This document shows positions 4,590-6,791 of a DNA stretch of 6,791 nucleotides, piece by piece. Location of the stretch: the IMG/VR virus record IMGVR_UViG_2703718769_000011; one strand, given 5' to 3'. The first letter of the stretch is position 1. Each line of letters opens with the position of its first letter. The stretch is from a virus (lineage: Duplodnaviria; Heunggongvirae; Uroviricota; Caudoviricetes). The notes under the pieces were generated by a model. It was not told the DNA's origin. It did no database searches and saw only the letters and a program-made list of their open reading frames with translations. Position numbers and translations under genes: made by a program.

Positions 4590-5558
4590 ATGAGCAGCAA
4601 GCTTCATGGTCTTGTCTGGGAAGGATGCGCCTTCACTGGCATGATCTTATCAAGGGTGGCAGTAATGGCCCGTCTTGCAGATTACAGCAATGACGAGGGG
4701 GTGTCATGGCCTGCTATGGAAACGATCCGGCGTCAGATCGGTGCCAGAAGTGAATCCACCGTGAAATCTGCGATTGCAGAACTGGCGAAAGAGGGCTGGC
4801 TGACGAAGGAAGAGCGTAAGATCGGTGGGCGTAACGTAAGCAATATCTATCGGCTTAATGTGGAAAAACTCGAAGCAGCGGCAGCGGCGGCGCGTGAGGC
4901 ATATAAACCGAAAAGAAAAATTAGCCCGGCAAAAAATGACCCGTTAACAGTTGACCCGTCAAATATTGACCCCTCAACGGTTGACCCGTCAAATTCTGAG
5001 GGGTCAACCATTGATAAAAAACAGCCGATTAGGGGGGCGATGATTGACCCCGATCCGTCAGTATTAAAACCTGATCCGTCAGATAAAAGATCTTCTTGTC
5101 CGGACGTTTCACTTCCGGACGAAAAAAAATCATCTCCGGTTGAACGCTTTCTGGATAAACACCCTGATGCGCATACGTGGAATGTGCCGAAGCGACAGTG
5201 GGGAACCCGTGATGATATTACCTGTGCGCAGTGGATCTGGGGGCGTGTTGTTGCGCTGTATGAACACGCAGCCAGTGATGATGGTGAGGTTTCTCGCCCC
5301 AGAGAGCCAAACTGGACGACATGGGCTAACGATGTCCGGATGATGCGCATGCTGGATGGCCGCAGTCACCGGCAGATTTGTGAAATGTTCAGTCGGGTGC
5401 AGCGGGATCCGTTCTGGGTAAAAAATATCATGAGTCCGGCAAAACTGCGCGAAAAATGGGATGAACTGGTCATTCGTCTTGGGCGTGGGCCTGCGCAGAG
5501 TTGCGTGAATCATATTTCTGAACCGGACACTGAAATTCCACCGGGTTTCAGGGGGTAA
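4590..5558 (+). CDS. Phage replication initiation protein (O-like): N-terminal winged-HTH domain, iteron-encoded linker, DnaT-like C-terminal tail
   Basis: The N-terminus (from the ATG at 4590, GGGGG just upstream; the ORF-track start at 4575 is a GTG) has an HTH-like region ...VSWPAMETIRRQIGARSESTVKSAIAELAKEGWL. The C-terminus ...SEPDTEIPPGFRG matches the E. coli DnaT C-terminus (...SEPDSQIPPGFRG) as I recall it. Direct repeats lie inside the coding sequence. Immediately upstream of the DnaC-like gene. Confidence 0.75.
   Translation: MSSKLHGLVWEGCAFTGMILSRVAVMARLADYSNDEGVSWPAMETIRRQIGARSESTVKSAIAELAKEGWLTKEERKIGGRNVSNIYRLNVEKLEAAAAAAREAYKPKRKISPAKNDPLTVDPSNIDPSTVDPSNSEGSTIDKKQPIRGAMIDPDPSVLKPDPSDKRSSCPDVSLPDEKKSSPVERFLDKHPDAHTWNVPKRQWGTRDDITCAQWIWGRVVALYEHAASDDGEVSRPREPNWTTWANDVRMMRMLDGRSHRQICEMFSRVQRDPFWVKNIMSPAKLREKWDELVIRLGRGPAQSCVNHISEPDTEIPPGFRG
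4936..5007. repeat. Candidate replication-origin iterons inside the O-like gene
   Basis: Four copies of TTGACCC(G/C)TCAA or its inverted form start at 4951, 4966, 4981 and 4996 (15-bp period), with an imperfect fifth at about 4937..4948. An A-rich stretch follows (5013..5022) and a more distant related copy lies at about 5044..5060. Confidence 0.6.
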
Positions 5559-5564
5559 CTGACC

Positions 5565-6317
5565 ATGAAAGATATCGCGACAGTTGCAGTTGGTGTTCTG
5601 GAACGCATCCGCAGACTGGCTCCTGAGCACGTTCCCGTGCCGTACAGTACGACGGAGGAGTGGCGCGAGTGGCAACTTGCCGAAGGCCGGAAATACTGCG
5701 AGGAGATTAACCGCCGGAATCGTCAGTTGCGGGTGGAAAAAATCCTGAACCGTTCGGGCATCCAGCCGCTGCACCGCAAATGTTCGTTCGCGAATTACCA
5801 GGTGCGGAACGACGGGCAGAAACATGCGCTGAGCCAGGCTAAATCCATCGCTGAGGAAATGATGACCGGTTATACAAACTTCGTGTTCAGCGGGAATCCG
5901 GGAACCGGAAAAAATCATCTGGCGGCGGCTGTGGGTAATCGTCTGCTGAAGGCTGGTAAATCCGTGATAGTGGTCACCGTGGCGGATGTGATGAGCGCGT
6001 TACATGCCAGCTATGACGACGGGCTGTCAGGGGAAAAATTTTTGCGTGAACTGTGCGAAGTGGACCTCCTGGTTCTTGACGAAATTGGCATCCAGCGTGA
6101 GACGAAAAACGAGCAGGTGGTACTGCACCAGATTGTTGACCGCCGGACGGCATCACTGTGCAGTGTCGGGATGCTGACAAACCTGAATCATGCCGCAATG
6201 AGCACGCTTCTTGGTGAGAGGATTATGGACAGGATGACCATGAACGGTGGTCGCTGGGTGAGTTTTAACTGGGAAAGCTGGCGTCCCAATGTCAGCCATC
6301 TGAGAGTATTGAAGTAA
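5565..6317 (+). CDS. DnaC-family helicase loader (phage-encoded DnaC paralog), 250 aa
   Basis: Walker [14 protein letters not shown] and Walker [10 protein letters not shown]. There is extended similarity to E. coli DnaC as I recall it (NRSGI.PLH..CSF.NY, ...GMLTN.N...LLGER.MDRM, ...FNW.S). SD GGGGG lies 8 nt upstream. Confidence 0.85.
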   Translation: MKDIATVAVGVLERIRRLAPEHVPVPYSTTEEWREWQLAEGRKYCEEINRRNRQLRVEKILNRSGIQPLHRKCSFANYQVRNDGQKHALSQAKSIAEEMMTGYTNFVFSGNPGTGKNHLAAAVGNRLLKAGKSVIVVTVADVMSALHASYDDGLSGEKFLRELCEVDLLVLDEIGIQRETKNEQVVLHQIVDRRTASLCSVGMLTNLNHAAMSTLLGERIMDRMTMNGGRWVSFNWESWRPNVSHLRVLK

Positions 6318-6339
6318 TTTTTATCCGGAGGAAATTTTA

Positions 6340-6791
6340 ATGGAAACCGTTTTTGACGCACTGAAAGCACTGAAAAGAGCCTCTTCACAGGTAGTGGCGG
6401 CCCGCCTTGGAATCAGCCGTGAAGATGCGGTCAACGAACTGTGGAAACTGAAGCGCCGTGGTGAAGCGGATAACAAGGGGTCGATGTGGTGGCTGATTCA
6501 GGCTGGTGAAAGTGAACCTGTGTCACAGGTACCGAAAGTGACAGCGCAAATGCTGACTGAGGCGATTGAACAACATGGCCCACAAACGGCGGATGAACTG
6601 GCACTGATGTTCGGAATTACCTCCCGCCGGGCGAATTCATCGCTGGCGATGGCAATCAGCAAAGGGCGTCTGATTCGCGTGAATCAGGGCGGTAAATTTC
6701 GTTACTGCATACCGGGCGCTGATTTACCGGCAGAGCCGGAAGCTGCATCCGTAGCGGAAACGGATGGTAAAGCCTTTCCTCAGCCAGCAGG
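6340..6791 (+). CDS. Hypothetical protein, 3'-truncated by the window end (150 codons visible, not in the ORF track)
   Basis: ATG at 6340 is preceded by SD GGAGGA (6327..6332). The frame stays open to the window end. Translation starts [43 protein letters not shown]... and has a second similar segment ([32 protein letters not shown]). Confidence 0.55.
   Translation, partial: METVFDALKALKRASSQVVAARLGISREDAVNELWKLKRRGEADNKGSMWWLIQAGESEPVSQVPKVTAQMLTEAIEQHGPQTADELALMFGITSRRANSSLAMAISKGRLIRVNQGGKFRYCIPGADLPAEPEAASVAETDGKAFPQPA

Noticed and set aside
4106-4607. Minus-strand ORFs 4106..4342 and 4149..4607 antisense to the Cro-like and YdaT-like genes
   Set aside because: The sense-strand genes have strong ribosome-binding sites, translational coupling and recognisable HTH features. 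The antisense translations are Pro/Arg/Ser-rich.
4936-5060. Whether the repeated VDPSNIDPSTVDPSN peptide marks a low-complexity or spurious ORF, or a CRISPR-like array
   Set aside because: The repeats are 12-bp units at 15-bp spacing inside a coding frame that continues into a conserved DnaT-like C-terminus. They have no spacer/repeat organisation of CRISPR length and are better explained as origin iterons.
4847-5918. Minus-strand ORFs 4847..5350 (167 aa) and 5130..5918 (262 aa), and plus-strand 5140..5343
   Set aside because: They run antisense or off-frame through the O-like and DnaC-like genes, whose sense-strand products carry Walker motifs and DnaT/DnaC-like similarity. Long antisense open frames are expected in GC-rich coding sequence.
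5974-6388. Minus-strand ORFs 5974..6198 and 6188..6388
   Set aside because: They are antisense to the DnaC-like gene and to the start of the 3'-truncated ORF, with no ribosome-binding sites and low-complexity products.

Overview
This window reads as the immunity, early-left and replication regions of a lambdoid prophage from an enterobacterium (Escherichia/Shigella-like), bounded on the left by the right end of an IS1 element. All homology calls below rest on reading the translations against remembered protein families; no database search was run. From left to right: the IS1 end with the 3' part of insB (1..233); a 387-aa acidic protein of unknown function on the minus strand whose last codon and stop lie inside IS1 (229..1392); a translationally coupled pair of 62-aa genes resembling DicB (division inhibitor) and YdfD (small membrane/lysis protein) (1488..1861); a short DicF-like sRNA with its own terminator hairpin (about 2039..2077); a 50-aa gene missing from the ORF track (2441..2593); a three-gene minus-strand operon of an HTH repressor, a 63-aa antitoxin and a ParE/RelE-family toxin (2866..3776); a divergent operator region carrying a 29-bp palindrome (3777..3884); then, on the plus strand, a Cro-like gene, a YdaT-like gene, an O-like replication initiator with origin iterons inside its coding sequence and a DnaT-like C-terminal tail, a DnaC-like helicase loader, and a 3'-truncated ORF. 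The parts most worth follow-up are the toxin-antitoxin module embedded in the repressor operon, the shortened DicF-like RNA, the 15-bp-periodic origin iterons, and the IS1-truncated 387-aa protein.
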